Part shown: piece by piece, positions 41,818-51,239 of the stretch
How the letters are laid out: every line of letters begins with the position of its first letter
How positions within the stretch are numbered: the stretch's first letter is position 1
Assembly (NCBI GenBank): GCA_903860135.1
Contig: CAIOPG010000007.1
Location: forward strand, 130,100-194,099
Origin: Candidatus Omnitrophota bacterium
GTDB lineage: Bacteria > Omnitrophota > Gorgyraeia > Zapsychrales > Fredricksoniimonadaceae
DNA length: 64,000 nucleotides
Reading direction: 5' to 3'
Notes under the pieces: generated by a model
Told to the model about the DNA's origin: nothing
Databases searched by the model: none
Seen by the model: only the letters and a program-made list of their open reading frames with translations
Made by a program: the position numbers and the translations under genes

Positions 41818-42984
41818 ATGATCAGGGTCAACTCACGCATCGCGCAGGTATCAGGATCGACGACGCTTGCGATCACGGCGAGGGCAAATGAGTTAAAAGC
41901 TCAGGGCGTTGACGTGGTGAGTTTTGCTGCGGGTGAACCTGATTTTGATACGCCTGAATATATTAAAGATGCTGCTATCAACGCCATAAAATCAGGGTTT
42001 ACCAAGTATACACCTTCAAGTGGCACAGAAGAGTTGCGCATTGCGATTTGCGACAAATTAAAGTGCGACAATAACCTTGAATATAAACCTGGACAGGTTG
42101 TTGTTGGTTCAGGGGCAAAACATGTTATATTTAATGCGGTCATGGTTTTGTGTGATTCCGGTGACGAAGTATTGATTCCGGCACCTTATTGGGTCAGTTA
42201 TCCAGAGATGGTTAAGGTGGCTGGGGCAACGCCTCGATATATTCAAACAACGCCAGCCTCACGATTTAAGATGACACCCGACCAGTTAAGGTCTGCGATC
42301 ACTCCTAAAACAAAATTACTTATTCTCAATTCGCCTTCCAATCCAACCGGTTCTGTTTATTCACGTGATGATTTAGAAATTATAGCGGATATTTGTGTCA
42401 AGCATCACATTTATGTTATTTCAGATGAGATCTATGAGAAGCTTCTTTACACAAAGGATACGTTTACGTCCATAGCGGCATTGGGTAAAGATATTTATGA
42501 TCTTACCATTACAGTTAATGGGATGTCCAAGGCATATGCTATGACAGGGTGGCGCATCGGTTACGCTGCGGGTCCTTTAGCGATCATGGGGCATATCAAG
42601 AATCTTCAGGATCATTCAACATCTAATCCTTGTTCTATCAGTCAAAAAGCAGCTCTTGCGGCATTGCGTGTTCCAGATAATGGTCTTGAACTAATGTGCA
42701 ATGAGTTTTTGTCACGTCGTGATTTAATGATGTCGTTGGTTGATACCATCCCAGGTGTCAGTTATATTAAGCCTGAAGGCGCATTTTATTTATTTTGCGA
42801 TTTTTCTAAATACGGTCTTTGTGCGGATGTCGCTAGGCGAATCCTGAACGAAGTCAATGTGGCGGTCATCCCAGGGGACGGCTTTGGCTCTGAGGGTTAC
42901 TTGCGACTTACTTTTTGTACTTCCAAGGAACGTATTCGCGAAGGGATTAACCGTATTAAGGAATGGATCGCCAGATCCAGTTAA
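41818..42984 (+). CDS. PLP-dependent aminotransferase class I (aspartate aminotransferase-like)
   Basis: GEPDFDTP, NSPSNPTG, ISDEIYE, SKAYAMTGWRIG (PLP lysine); start ATG 41818. Confidence 0.93.
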   Translation: MIRVNSRIAQVSGSTTLAITARANELKAQGVDVVSFAAGEPDFDTPEYIKDAAINAIKSGFTKYTPSSGTEELRIAICDKLKCDNNLEYKPGQVVVGSGAKHVIFNAVMVLCDSGDEVLIPAPYWVSYPEMVKVAGATPRYIQTTPASRFKMTPDQLRSAITPKTKLLILNSPSNPTGSVYSRDDLEIIADICVKHHIYVISDEIYEKLLYTKDTFTSIAALGKDIYDLTITVNGMSKAYAMTGWRIGYAAGPLAIMGHIKNLQDHSTSNPCSISQKAALAALRVPDNGLELMCNEFLSRRDLMMSLVDTIPGVSYIKPEGAFYLFCDFSKYGLCADVARRILNEVNVAVIPGDGFGSEGYLRLTFCTSKERIREGINRIKEWIARSS

Positions 42985-42991
42985 TTGATTT

Positions 42992-44062
42992 ATGGTTATC
43001 GAGCTAAGAGAACTGCTTCTTGCCGCTGTAAATCAGCACGCGTCTGATCTCCACCTGACCAATGCAATGCCTCCTGTATTACGTATTGACGGGGAGTTAA
43101 AACCACTTGCTAAATATGAGCCTTTCAATGAAAATGATCTTAAAAGAATCATTTATAACATTTTAACCAACGAACAGAAAATCAAGTTTGAAGAGGAAAA
43201 AGAATTCGATTTTTCTTTGGCGTTGTCAGGACTTGACCGTTTCCGTGTAAATATACATCAGCAACGTGGCTGTGTGGAAGCGGCTTTCCGACGGATACCT
43301 CTTTATATACCGACCATTGATGACCTCAAACTTCCGCCTGTTGTTGGAACTTTGGCGCGTAAGACCAACGGCCTTGTGTTGGTGACCGGGGCAACGGGGA
43401 TGGGAAAATCAACAACAATGGCGGCCATGGTTCAGTTGATTAATATGGAAAAACGCTGTTTGATCATGTCCATTGAAGATCCGATCGAGTTTATCCATAC
43501 CAACAGGAAAGCCATCATTAAACAACGTGAAGTTTACAGGGATACACATTCTTTTGCTGAAGCACTCAAGCGTTGCTTGCGTCAGGATCCTGATGTGATC
43601 GTTGTTGGCGAGATGCGTGATCTGGAAACAATTTCAACGGCTCTTACGGCAGCGGAAACGGGGCATTTGGTTTTGGCCACACTACATACGCCCGATGCAC
43701 CACAGACCATTGAACGTGTTATTGATGTTTTTCCACCGTATCAGCAACAACAGGTGCGTCAGCAACTTTCAACATGTTTGCAGGGAGTCATTTCTCAGCG
43801 TCTTATGCCACACGCCAGCGGGAATGGGCGCGCCTTGGGTATGGAGGTGATGGTGGCAACTCCGGCGATCCGCAATATGATTCGGGAGAAGTCGGTCGAG
43901 CAGATTCCTACGTCCATGCAGACAGGTGCGCAGTTTGGTATGAAGACGATGGATCGCTCTCTTAAGGAGCTTGTTGAGGCGGGTCACATAACTTATGAGA
44001 TGGCGATGACAAATGCCAAAAATGTTGAAGAACTGCGCCAGTTTCTGAGAGCATCCAAATAA
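42992..44062 (+). CDS. pilT: type IV pilus retraction ATPase PilT
   Basis: ASDLHL, GATGMGKSTT, IEDPIEF, LRQDPDVIVVGEMRD, TGHLVLATLHT, AIRNMIRE. Confidence 0.93.
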   Translation: MVIELRELLLAAVNQHASDLHLTNAMPPVLRIDGELKPLAKYEPFNENDLKRIIYNILTNEQKIKFEEEKEFDFSLALSGLDRFRVNIHQQRGCVEAAFRRIPLYIPTIDDLKLPPVVGTLARKTNGLVLVTGATGMGKSTTMAAMVQLINMEKRCLIMSIEDPIEFIHTNRKAIIKQREVYRDTHSFAEALKRCLRQDPDVIVVGEMRDLETISTALTAAETGHLVLATLHTPDAPQTIERVIDVFPPYQQQQVRQQLSTCLQGVISQRLMPHASGNGRALGMEVMVATPAIRNMIREKSVEQIPTSMQTGAQFGMKTMDRSLKELVEAGHITYEMAMTNAKNVEELRQFLRASK

Positions 44063-44071
44063 AAGGTTGTT

Positions 44072-45157
44072 ATGCCGTATCGTGTGACATTATTTCCAGG
44101 TGATGGGATCGGGCCGGAAGTGACATCAGCCATGAGGAAGTGTGTCGATGCTACGGGTGTTGACATTGATTGGGAAGAGGTTATGGTAGGTGCTCCTGCC
44201 GTTGAACGTTTTGGCACACCCTTGCCACCGGCAGCGATTGATTCTGTGAGAAGAAATAAGGTAGCGATCAAAGGGCCCATCGAGACCCCCGTGGGTAAAG
44301 GTTTTCGATCAGTCAATGTTCAGTTGAGGCAGGAGCTTGATCTTTATGCTTGTCTGCGCCCAGTGAAATATTTTAAAGGTACAAGGGCGGTCAACACAAA
44401 CGTGGATATTGTCATTGTCCGTGAAAACACCGAGGATCTTTATGCTGGTGTTGAGTTTGATGTAGGTTCTGACCAGGCGAACCATCTTATCCGTGAGATC
44501 AATTCGCTTTCTGCGAAGAAGGTGCGGCTTGATTCAGCCATTTCTATTAAGCCCATTTCTATTTTTGGATCAGAACGCATCATCCGTTATGCCTTTGAAT
44601 ACGCCATTAAGAACGGGCGCAAGAAAGTGTCTCTTGTTCACAAAGCGAATATCATGAAGTTTACCGATGGACTTTTCTTAAGCATCGGGCGAAAAATTGC
44701 CGAAGAATTTTCTGGCCGCGTTGTATTTGAAGATGTCATTGTTGACAACATGTGCATGCAGCTTGTTCAGAAGCCGGAGCTTTATGATGTCCTTGTCCTG
44801 CCGAATCTGTATGGCGATATTGTTTCCGATCTTTGTGCTGGACTAGTTGGCGGACTTGGCATCGCGCCTGGAGCGAATATCGGGTCTGTAGCAGCATTAT
44901 TTGAGCCGGTGCACGGCTCTGCGCCAAAGTACGCGGGGCAAAATAAGGTTAATCCTACAGCTACTATTTTGTCGGCGGTCATGATGTTGCGGCACTTGGG
45001 TGAAATGGATGCTGCTGTGCGTCTGGAGCGCGCGGTTGAAGATGTTGTCCGGGACGGCCAGGATGTAACGTATGATCTTAAGGCTGATCGCCATGACACT
45101 TCAGCCGTCGGTACCCGAGAAATGGCCGAGGCTATTTGCCGCCGTTTAACGAAATAA
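44072..45157 (+). CDS. icd: isocitrate/isopropylmalate dehydrogenase family, probably isocitrate dehydrogenase
   Basis: PGDGIGPEV, RSVNVQLRQELDLY, HKANIMK, NLYGDIVSDL, FEPVHGSAP. Confidence 0.8.
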   Translation: MPYRVTLFPGDGIGPEVTSAMRKCVDATGVDIDWEEVMVGAPAVERFGTPLPPAAIDSVRRNKVAIKGPIETPVGKGFRSVNVQLRQELDLYACLRPVKYFKGTRAVNTNVDIVIVRENTEDLYAGVEFDVGSDQANHLIREINSLSAKKVRLDSAISIKPISIFGSERIIRYAFEYAIKNGRKKVSLVHKANIMKFTDGLFLSIGRKIAEEFSGRVVFEDVIVDNMCMQLVQKPELYDVLVLPNLYGDIVSDLCAGLVGGLGIAPGANIGSVAALFEPVHGSAPKYAGQNKVNPTATILSAVMMLRHLGEMDAAVRLERAVEDVVRDGQDVTYDLKADRHDTSAVGTREMAEAICRRLTK

Positions 45158-45179
45158 ATAAAAATTTTTATTTTTTGCT

Positions 45180-45220
45180 GGCCCCGAGGTTGTCATAGAT
45201 CTCTACGGGGTCTTTTTTTT
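45180..45220 (+). terminator. rho-independent terminator ending the extended ribosomal operon
   Basis: GGCCCCG-AGGT...ATCT-CTA-CGGGGTC followed by T8; preceded by the AT palindrome AAATAAAAATTTTTATTT (45156-45173). Confidence 0.7.
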
Positions 45221-45235
45221 GGAAGGACGAGCGAT

Positions 45236-45895
45236 ATGCGTGTCATACATTGGGGCATGATCGAGTATGCCTCCGCATGGCATCAGCAAAAGGAACTTGT
45301 GCGCGAGGTTGCTGCGGGTGCGCCGTCAGCAATTGTTCTTTGTGAGCATCCGTCTGTTATTACGTTCGGACGCAAAGCATCAGATGCTAACATCTTTTTA
45401 CCCAAGGATGTTCTTGAACAGCGTGGCGTTGTCTGCGTGTCGGTCGACAGAGGGGGGGATGTGACGCTTCACGCGCCGGGCCAACTCATTGTTTATCCTA
45501 TTATAAATCTTAAGCTTTTTGGTCGGGATATCAAAGCCTGTCTTCAAAAAATGGAACAGGCTTCCGTTGCTTTCCTGCGTGATTTTGGTATAGTGGCTAA
45601 AGGTCAGGAAGGTCATGGGGCGTCTGCGTATCGCGGTGTGTGGGTTGGTTCACGCAAGATCGCTTCAATAGGGATCGGGATTTCCCGCTGGGTCACCTAT
45701 CACGGAATAGGCTTGAATATCACCACTGACCTCGGGCTTTTTGATTATATTCGTCCGTGTGGGCTTGATGTCCGCATGACGTCACTCCAAGATTTGACCG
45801 GACAGACTTTGCCCATGCGAGAGGCAGCGGAAAGATTCGCCGGTCATTGCGTAAGGATATTTGATGGTCAGGATCATTCTTCCAGAATTGGGTGA
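45236..45895 (+). CDS. lipB: lipoyl(octanoyl) transferase LipB
   Basis: LCEHPSVITFG, DRGGDVTLHAPGQL, RKIASIGI, HGIGLN, PCGL. Confidence 0.93.
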   Translation: MRVIHWGMIEYASAWHQQKELVREVAAGAPSAIVLCEHPSVITFGRKASDANIFLPKDVLEQRGVVCVSVDRGGDVTLHAPGQLIVYPIINLKLFGRDIKACLQKMEQASVAFLRDFGIVAKGQEGHGASAYRGVWVGSRKIASIGIGISRWVTYHGIGLNITTDLGLFDYIRPCGLDVRMTSLQDLTGQTLPMREAAERFAGHCVRIFDGQDHSSRIG

Positions 45896-46136
45896 TGGGA
45901 TTGTCGACGCTGAGATCGTCCGGTGGCATTGCCGGGAAGGTCAGTCAGTAAAATTCGATGAGGATGTTGTGGAGCTTGTGACGGATAAGGCTGTTTTTAA
46001 TGTGCCGGCAGATTTTTCCGGCAGGATCATGAAGATTTATTATAACGAAGGACAGCGGGTCCCGGTGGGCTCTGTGCTGGCGGATCTTGATGAGAATTTT
46101 TCTGGAGCACCGGAAGGTGCAGAACGAGGGGTATGA
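45864..46136 (+). CDS. stand-alone E2-type lipoyl-domain protein
   Basis: LPELGDGI...RWH...ELVTDKAVFNVPA (lipoyl lysine in TDKA); no E3-binding or catalytic domain. Confidence 0.85.
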   Translation: MVRIILPELGDGIVDAEIVRWHCREGQSVKFDEDVVELVTDKAVFNVPADFSGRIMKIYYNEGQRVPVGSVLADLDENFSGAPEGAERGV

Positions 46137-47257
46137 AAAAGCGAAAAGTTCTTTTGATGTATATTTCAAGGGTGTCCGGTCACCGGCAGGCTACGGTTGC
46201 GATTTCCAAATCTTTGAAGAAATTCATTCCTGACGCTGACGTCATGAGCATCAACGGGTTTGGCTATAACTATCCGTTGCTCGAGCAGGTGGTCAATGCC
46301 GCCTATATGACGGTGATCAAGCACACACCGAAAGTTTGGGATTATATTTATGATAATCCCAAGGTGGTGAAACGCTCTGCCAATATGCGCAAGTTCCTTA
46401 ATAAGTCGAGCCATAAGAAACTTGAGAAGCTGTTCAAGGATTTTCCGGCGGATACTGTTATTTGTTCCCAGGCTTTTCCTTGCAGTATGGTGGCTGATTA
46501 TAAAGTGTCTCGCGGGCTCGGATTCAATCTGATCGGTACCTTGACGGATTATGCCCCGCATGCCTACTGGATCAACGAGGGTGTTGATTATTATATTGTA
46601 CCGTCAGATGATACCCGGGAGCGTTTTATCAAAAAGGGTGTCGCCCCTGAAAAGATCAAGGCGTTGGGTATCCCGATCCGTTATAAGTTTGCTGAAAAGA
46701 TCGACAAGAAAGTTGCCCGAGGGAACCTTGGGCTTGACCCTGATATTCCTGTTGTGCTGGTCATGGGCGGCGGTCAGGGCCTTGGCCCCATGAAGGATGC
46801 TGTGAAAGAACTGTTGGGGATGAAGTTGCCGCTACAGCTCATTGTGGTTGCCGGCGCGAATGTGAAGTTGTTCCAGTGGCTCAAGAAAGCTTCTGTGATT
46901 TCTTCCAAAAAGATCCTGTATTATGATTATGCTAATAATGTGGATGAGCTTATGGAGGCGGCGGATCTTATTGTGTCCAAGCCCGGCGGTATGACAACTT
47001 CCGAGTGCCTGTCCAAAGGCCTTCCCATGGTCATCATTAATCCTTTGCCTGGCCAGGAAGAGCGCAATGCTAATTTTCTATTGGAACAGGGCATCGCGGT
47101 GCGTGTCAATGATCTTGTGGATCTTGCTGACGAGGTTGAGATCCTGTTCAAATCACCTGAACGGCTGAAAGGCATGACCAAAGCGGCTTACGCCAGCGGC
47201 AAGCCTCATGCGGCAGATGATATTGCCCGGCTTGTTATGGGTCTTCCTTCACATTGA
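46133..47257 (+). CDS. MGDG-synthase/UgtP-like diacylglycerol glycosyltransferase (GT28-type)
   Basis: SGHRQA, LTDYAPHAYW, GIPI, VMGGGQG, SKPGGMTTSE, PLPGQEERNA. Confidence 0.88.
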   Translation: MKKRKVLLMYISRVSGHRQATVAISKSLKKFIPDADVMSINGFGYNYPLLEQVVNAAYMTVIKHTPKVWDYIYDNPKVVKRSANMRKFLNKSSHKKLEKLFKDFPADTVICSQAFPCSMVADYKVSRGLGFNLIGTLTDYAPHAYWINEGVDYYIVPSDDTRERFIKKGVAPEKIKALGIPIRYKFAEKIDKKVARGNLGLDPDIPVVLVMGGGQGLGPMKDAVKELLGMKLPLQLIVVAGANVKLFQWLKKASVISSKKILYYDYANNVDELMEAADLIVSKPGGMTTSECLSKGLPMVIINPLPGQEERNANFLLEQGIAVRVNDLVDLADEVEILFKSPERLKGMTKAAYASGKPHAADDIARLVMGLPSH

Positions 47258-47277
47258 TGTGTATATAATGGGTGATC

Positions 47278-48138
47278 ATGTTCCAGTATTTTTTATATAA
47301 AGTCGCGCTTCTTATCATTCATGTTGTTCCTCGCCGCTGGGCCTATGGGGTGGCTGAGTTTCTGGCTGACCAGCAATTTCATTTTTCCCACAAGGATAGA
47401 GAAGCGGTGATGCGCAATCTTCGGCAGATCACCGGCAGGCAGGATGTCGCGCGCGAAGATGTGCGACGGGTTTTTTTGAATTTTGGTCGCTATCTGGTCG
47501 ATTTTTTCTTGATGTATAAAATGGTTGATGCTTCTTTTGTGCGCGATCATGTGACAGTCAATGGGCTGGAGCATCTCACCGTAGCGCATGGTCAAGGACG
47601 GGGCGTGGTTATTCTGACAGCGCACATTGGCAATTGGGAGATGGGGGCGGCGGTGTTGCGCCAGCTCGGCTTTCCTGTGACCGCGATTGCTTTGCCGCAC
47701 AAAAATCCGAAAGTGAATATTCTTTTTAACCGGCAGCGCGAGGCGCACGGGGTGACGGTTGTTCCCACCAGTGTGGCGGTGCGTCGGTGCCTGGGGGCAT
47801 TGCGCAAGGGGGGTCTTGTTGCCCTTTTAGGAGATCGTGATTTTGGCCCGTTTGGGAAGCCGCTGAGTTTTTTGGGACGTACGACACTGATCCCTCAGGG
47901 AGCGGCTTTTTTTGCGAGTCGGACAGGAGCACCGATTGTTCCCTGTTTTCTGAAGCCTGACGGGGATGGTCATTATACGATGGATATTTGCTCTCCGATC
48001 TGTTTATCCGCTGGCGATACGGACAAGGAAGCTCCTTTAATTGCTGTGATGGCACAATATGCCGCGTTGATTGAAGATAAGATCAGGAAGGATCCGACAC
48101 AATGGCTTATGTTCAGGGAGTTTGGCATTGAATTCTAA
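47278..48138 (+). CDS. lipid A lauroyl/PatA-family lysophospholipid acyltransferase
   Basis: LTAHIGNWEM (HX4E), LLGDRD, FLGRTTLIPQG, PTQWLM. Confidence 0.88.
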   Translation: MFQYFLYKVALLIIHVVPRRWAYGVAEFLADQQFHFSHKDREAVMRNLRQITGRQDVAREDVRRVFLNFGRYLVDFFLMYKMVDASFVRDHVTVNGLEHLTVAHGQGRGVVILTAHIGNWEMGAAVLRQLGFPVTAIALPHKNPKVNILFNRQREAHGVTVVPTSVAVRRCLGALRKGGLVALLGDRDFGPFGKPLSFLGRTTLIPQGAAFFASRTGAPIVPCFLKPDGDGHYTMDICSPICLSAGDTDKEAPLIAVMAQYAALIEDKIRKDPTQWLMFREFGIEF

Positions 48139-48799
48139 AATTTGCGTTCTTATTCCTGCGCACAATGAGGCGCGAACCATCGCTGATGTTGTCAAAAGTG
48201 TCCGTCAAATGGGTTTTGCTGTTGTTGTTGTAGATGACGGATCATCGGATGGTTGCGGTCAACTGGCGGCGGCGGCTGGTGCTGAACTCTTGGTTAATTA
48301 TAAAAATCAGGGCAAGGGGTTTTCGTTGCAGCGCGGGTTCGATCATATCATCAGCCGTGCCTATGAGGCCTTGATCACCCTTGATGCCGACGGTCAGCAC
48401 GCAGTCAGCGACCTGCCGGCTTTCGTCGAGCTTTTTGAAGCCAAGAAGCCTGATATCATTTGCGGGAATCGGATGAAAGATCATCGTGACATGCCCGTTG
48501 TCCGCTTATGGACCAACAGGATCATGTCGGGGTTAATTTCTTTTGTCTGCCGTCAGAAGATTCATGACACACAGTGTGGCTACCGTCTTATACGCTGCGA
48601 GGTTTTACGCCATATCCAGTTATCTTCTTCCGCGTTTGAGATAGAATCCGAGGTCCTTATCAAGGCCAGCAAGAAGGGCTACCGCATCGCTTCGGTCCCG
48701 GTGCAGACGATCTATGGCGCTGAAGTAAGCAAGATCAATCCTTTTTTTGACACGGTTCGTTTCATTGTATATATCGTGCGGGAAATGTTTGTGCGTTGA
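48128..48799 (+). CDS. GT2 family glycosyltransferase (polyprenol-phosphate glycosyltransferase-like)
   Basis: LIPAHNEA, VDDGSSD, NQGKG, LDADGQH, DTQCGYR; start uncertain (TTG 48128). Confidence 0.88.
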   Translation: MNSKICVLIPAHNEARTIADVVKSVRQMGFAVVVVDDGSSDGCGQLAAAAGAELLVNYKNQGKGFSLQRGFDHIISRAYEALITLDADGQHAVSDLPAFVELFEAKKPDIICGNRMKDHRDMPVVRLWTNRIMSGLISFVCRQKIHDTQCGYRLIRCEVLRHIQLSSSAFEIESEVLIKASKKGYRIASVPVQTIYGAEVSKINPFFDTVRFIVYIVREMFVR

Positions 48800-49500
48800 T
48801 GAGCGATAAATTCTTTCGATATGCGCTTCTTGTTTCTGCCGTCATACATCTTGCCTTTCTGGCAACCTTTTATGTTACCAATAAGAATTTTTTATTTTTG
48901 AAAAAAGTAAAAATGATGACCTATCATATTGTTAAGTCCAAGCCGTTCATTGAGCCCAAAGCCATCGAGCGTCAGAATGACAGGGTTGAGGCGCGCATGA
49001 TGGAGAAGCTTTATGAACCGGCTCAACCACCCCCGAAAGTCAAGGAGATGTCCGCGCAGGGATCGCGGATCGATCCTTTTTCAAAAGAGCTTTCCGGTGT
49101 TATGGATAAGGTTGATATCTTTGAACGCAAACCTGAAAAGTTTAAGGGTACCCATGTGACCAAGGCGGTGTCGGTGCCGTTGTTGAAGTCGGAAAAGATA
49201 AATACGCCTTCGTATGCGAGTTATTATCAGATCGTGCGGGGGCGCATTCGCGAAAGGGCTTACAGCAATTACACCAAGCTCAGCGTCGGCGATGTCTTTG
49301 TCACTTTTGTTATCAGATCTGACGGGGTGATCTCCGGCTTGCAGGTGCTCGAAGACAGGAGTTCCGCCAATGATTTTTTGCGGGATGTGGGGATCAGAAG
49401 TGTGCGCGAAGCCGCTCCTTTCCCAGCGTTCCCCAAAGATCTTGTTTATCCTGAATTGACGTTTAATGTTTCCATTTCGTTTCAGTACCGCGATGAATAA
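48799..49500 (+). CDS. TonB/TolA C-terminal domain membrane protein
   Basis: N-terminal TM with SAVIH (SxxxH) motif; C-terminal V.F.I.SDG...SS...LRDVGIRSVREAAPFPAFP. Confidence 0.75.
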   Translation: MSDKFFRYALLVSAVIHLAFLATFYVTNKNFLFLKKVKMMTYHIVKSKPFIEPKAIERQNDRVEARMMEKLYEPAQPPPKVKEMSAQGSRIDPFSKELSGVMDKVDIFERKPEKFKGTHVTKAVSVPLLKSEKINTPSYASYYQIVRGRIRERAYSNYTKLSVGDVFVTFVIRSDGVISGLQVLEDRSSANDFLRDVGIRSVREAAPFPAFPKDLVYPELTFNVSISFQYRDE

Positions 49501-49536
49501 GGTAGGTGCGGGTAACCCAAGGAAGGAATGTGTTTT

Positions 49537-49956
49537 ATGAGTCATGATAAATTTATCGATGAAGCATTGAAAGGATCTGCGGTGAATGAAACTTCCAGCG
49601 GTTGTGCAGATGGCTGTGGATGTTCCGAGGGAGGTTGCGGGGATCAGGAAGGCCGTGAGGGCTGTGGTTCGGGGTGCGGCTGCGGGGGGCATGAAGCTGT
49701 CGAGGTTAATTTCTTTACATATTTGACATCGATAGGTTATCAGGCCATGATCTTTTTGGGCGAGATACCTAACCCTTCAACCGGGGAGAATGAGAAAAAT
49801 CTTCGCCAAGCCAAGTTCATCATTGATACGATCGTGATGCTCAAAGAAAAGACCCGAGGGAACCTCAGCGATCAGGAAGCCGCGTTCATTGAAGGAACCC
49901 TCGATGAGCTTCAAGCGAAGTTCCTTGAGCTTGTAGAGAGCGATGGGTTGGTTTGA
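49537..49956 (+). CDS. DUF1844-type protein with Cys/Gly-rich N-terminal segment
   Basis: [12 protein letters not shown]...[27 protein letters not shown]; start 49537 or 49528. Confidence 0.75.
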   Translation: MSHDKFIDEALKGSAVNETSSGCADGCGCSEGGCGDQEGREGCGSGCGCGGHEAVEVNFFTYLTSIGYQAMIFLGEIPNPSTGENEKNLRQAKFIIDTIVMLKEKTRGNLSDQEAAFIEGTLDELQAKFLELVESDGLV

Positions 49957-49957
49957 T

Positions 49958-50134
49958 ATGATCCCCGCTGTGTTGTTGGACATCCTGGCATGCCCCGTGT
50001 GCCGGACCAGTGTTCATGAGAAAGGCGATCAGGTTGTGTGTGATGATCCAGCCTGTGCCTTGGCATATCCTGTCCAGGATGGTATTCCCGTTATGCTTGT
50101 GGGAGAGGCAACAAGCGATATTCGAAAGGGTTAG
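49958..50134 (+). CDS. Trm112/YcaR family small protein
   Basis: [11 protein letters not shown]...C...[11 protein letters not shown]. Confidence 0.88.
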   Translation: MIPAVLLDILACPVCRTSVHEKGDQVVCDDPACALAYPVQDGIPVMLVGEATSDIRKG

Positions 50135-50138
50135 GTAT

Positions 50139-51239
50139 ATGGGCAGAAAAAGAGCCCCGGCTATTCACAGATCAGCTTGTACCCTGCCGCCACGGATGCA
50201 GAAGCTTGTGGGTGGGTTTCCTCTTGCCGGTATAGACGCTCTTTTGGTAACACAGGGATCGGATTTGCATTATCTGGCACAATATCCTGTGAGCGATGCC
50301 TGGTTACTGATCACAGCTTGTGAGGTCTTTTATATCACTGATGCCCGTTATGTCAGTGAAGTGGCGAAAGCTGTCAAGGGGGTAACGGTTGTCCGGTTTG
50401 AAAAGTCGCTGGCCGATGAAACGATGCGCATCCTTCATCAGGCAGGCGCCAGGAGCTTGGGGGTCAATGAACGGCATTTGACGGTACATCAGCACAAACA
50501 GCTGGAGGCACTGGCAGCAGGAACGATCACAATCAAGGCTGCGGATGGATGTGTGACGTCTTTAAGGGCGATCAAGGAACCGTGCGAGCTTAGGTTGATG
50601 CGACAGGCCATTGCCTTGAATCTGGCGGCGTATAAATACATTCAAAGGTTCATCAAGGTTGGCGTAACGGAAAAAGAGTTGTTGGGTAAATTGGAAATTT
50701 TCATTCACAGGCACTCGGTTTGTTTCTCATTTGATCCGATCATCGCTTCCGGCCCTAACTCGGCCTTCCCGCACGCGCGGGTCACAGACCGTAGGTTGCG
50801 TCCTAACGAACCTATTCTCATAGACTTAGGAATAGATATCAAAGGGTACAAGTCTGACTTGACACGTATGTTTTTTTTGGGTAATATGCCTGTCGCTTAC
50901 AGGCAAGTTCTTTCCGTTGTGATGGGCGCACAGCTCGAGGCTATCAAAGCCATCAAGCCAGGTGTTCCCGCTAATGATGTGGATGCCAAGGCGAGGTCTT
51001 TTCTCAAGACGCATGGTTTGGCGGATCATTTCAGTCATTCGCTGGGGCATGGGGTTGGACTGGATATACATGAACAGCCGAGGCTTTCGGTCAAGAGTGA
51101 AATGATTTTGCAGGAAAATATGGTTTGCACGGTAGAGCCAGGGGTTTATTTCCCGGGTAAGTACGGGATAAGGCTCGAAGAAATGGTGTTGATAACAAAA
51201 AATGGATGTGAGGTTTTGAGTGTCAATCACAATCAATGA
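50139..51239 (+). CDS. Xaa-Pro aminopeptidase (M24B)
   Basis: SAFPHA, DLG...YKSDLTR, HSLGHGVGLDIHEQP, TVEPGVY, GIRLEE; upstream of efp as usual; start uncertain. Confidence 0.92.
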   Translation: MGRKRAPAIHRSACTLPPRMQKLVGGFPLAGIDALLVTQGSDLHYLAQYPVSDAWLLITACEVFYITDARYVSEVAKAVKGVTVVRFEKSLADETMRILHQAGARSLGVNERHLTVHQHKQLEALAAGTITIKAADGCVTSLRAIKEPCELRLMRQAIALNLAAYKYIQRFIKVGVTEKELLGKLEIFIHRHSVCFSFDPIIASGPNSAFPHARVTDRRLRPNEPILIDLGIDIKGYKSDLTRMFFLGNMPVAYRQVLSVVMGAQLEAIKAIKPGVPANDVDAKARSFLKTHGLADHFSHSLGHGVGLDIHEQPRLSVKSEMILQENMVCTVEPGVYFPGKYGIRLEEMVLITKNGCEVLSVNHNQ

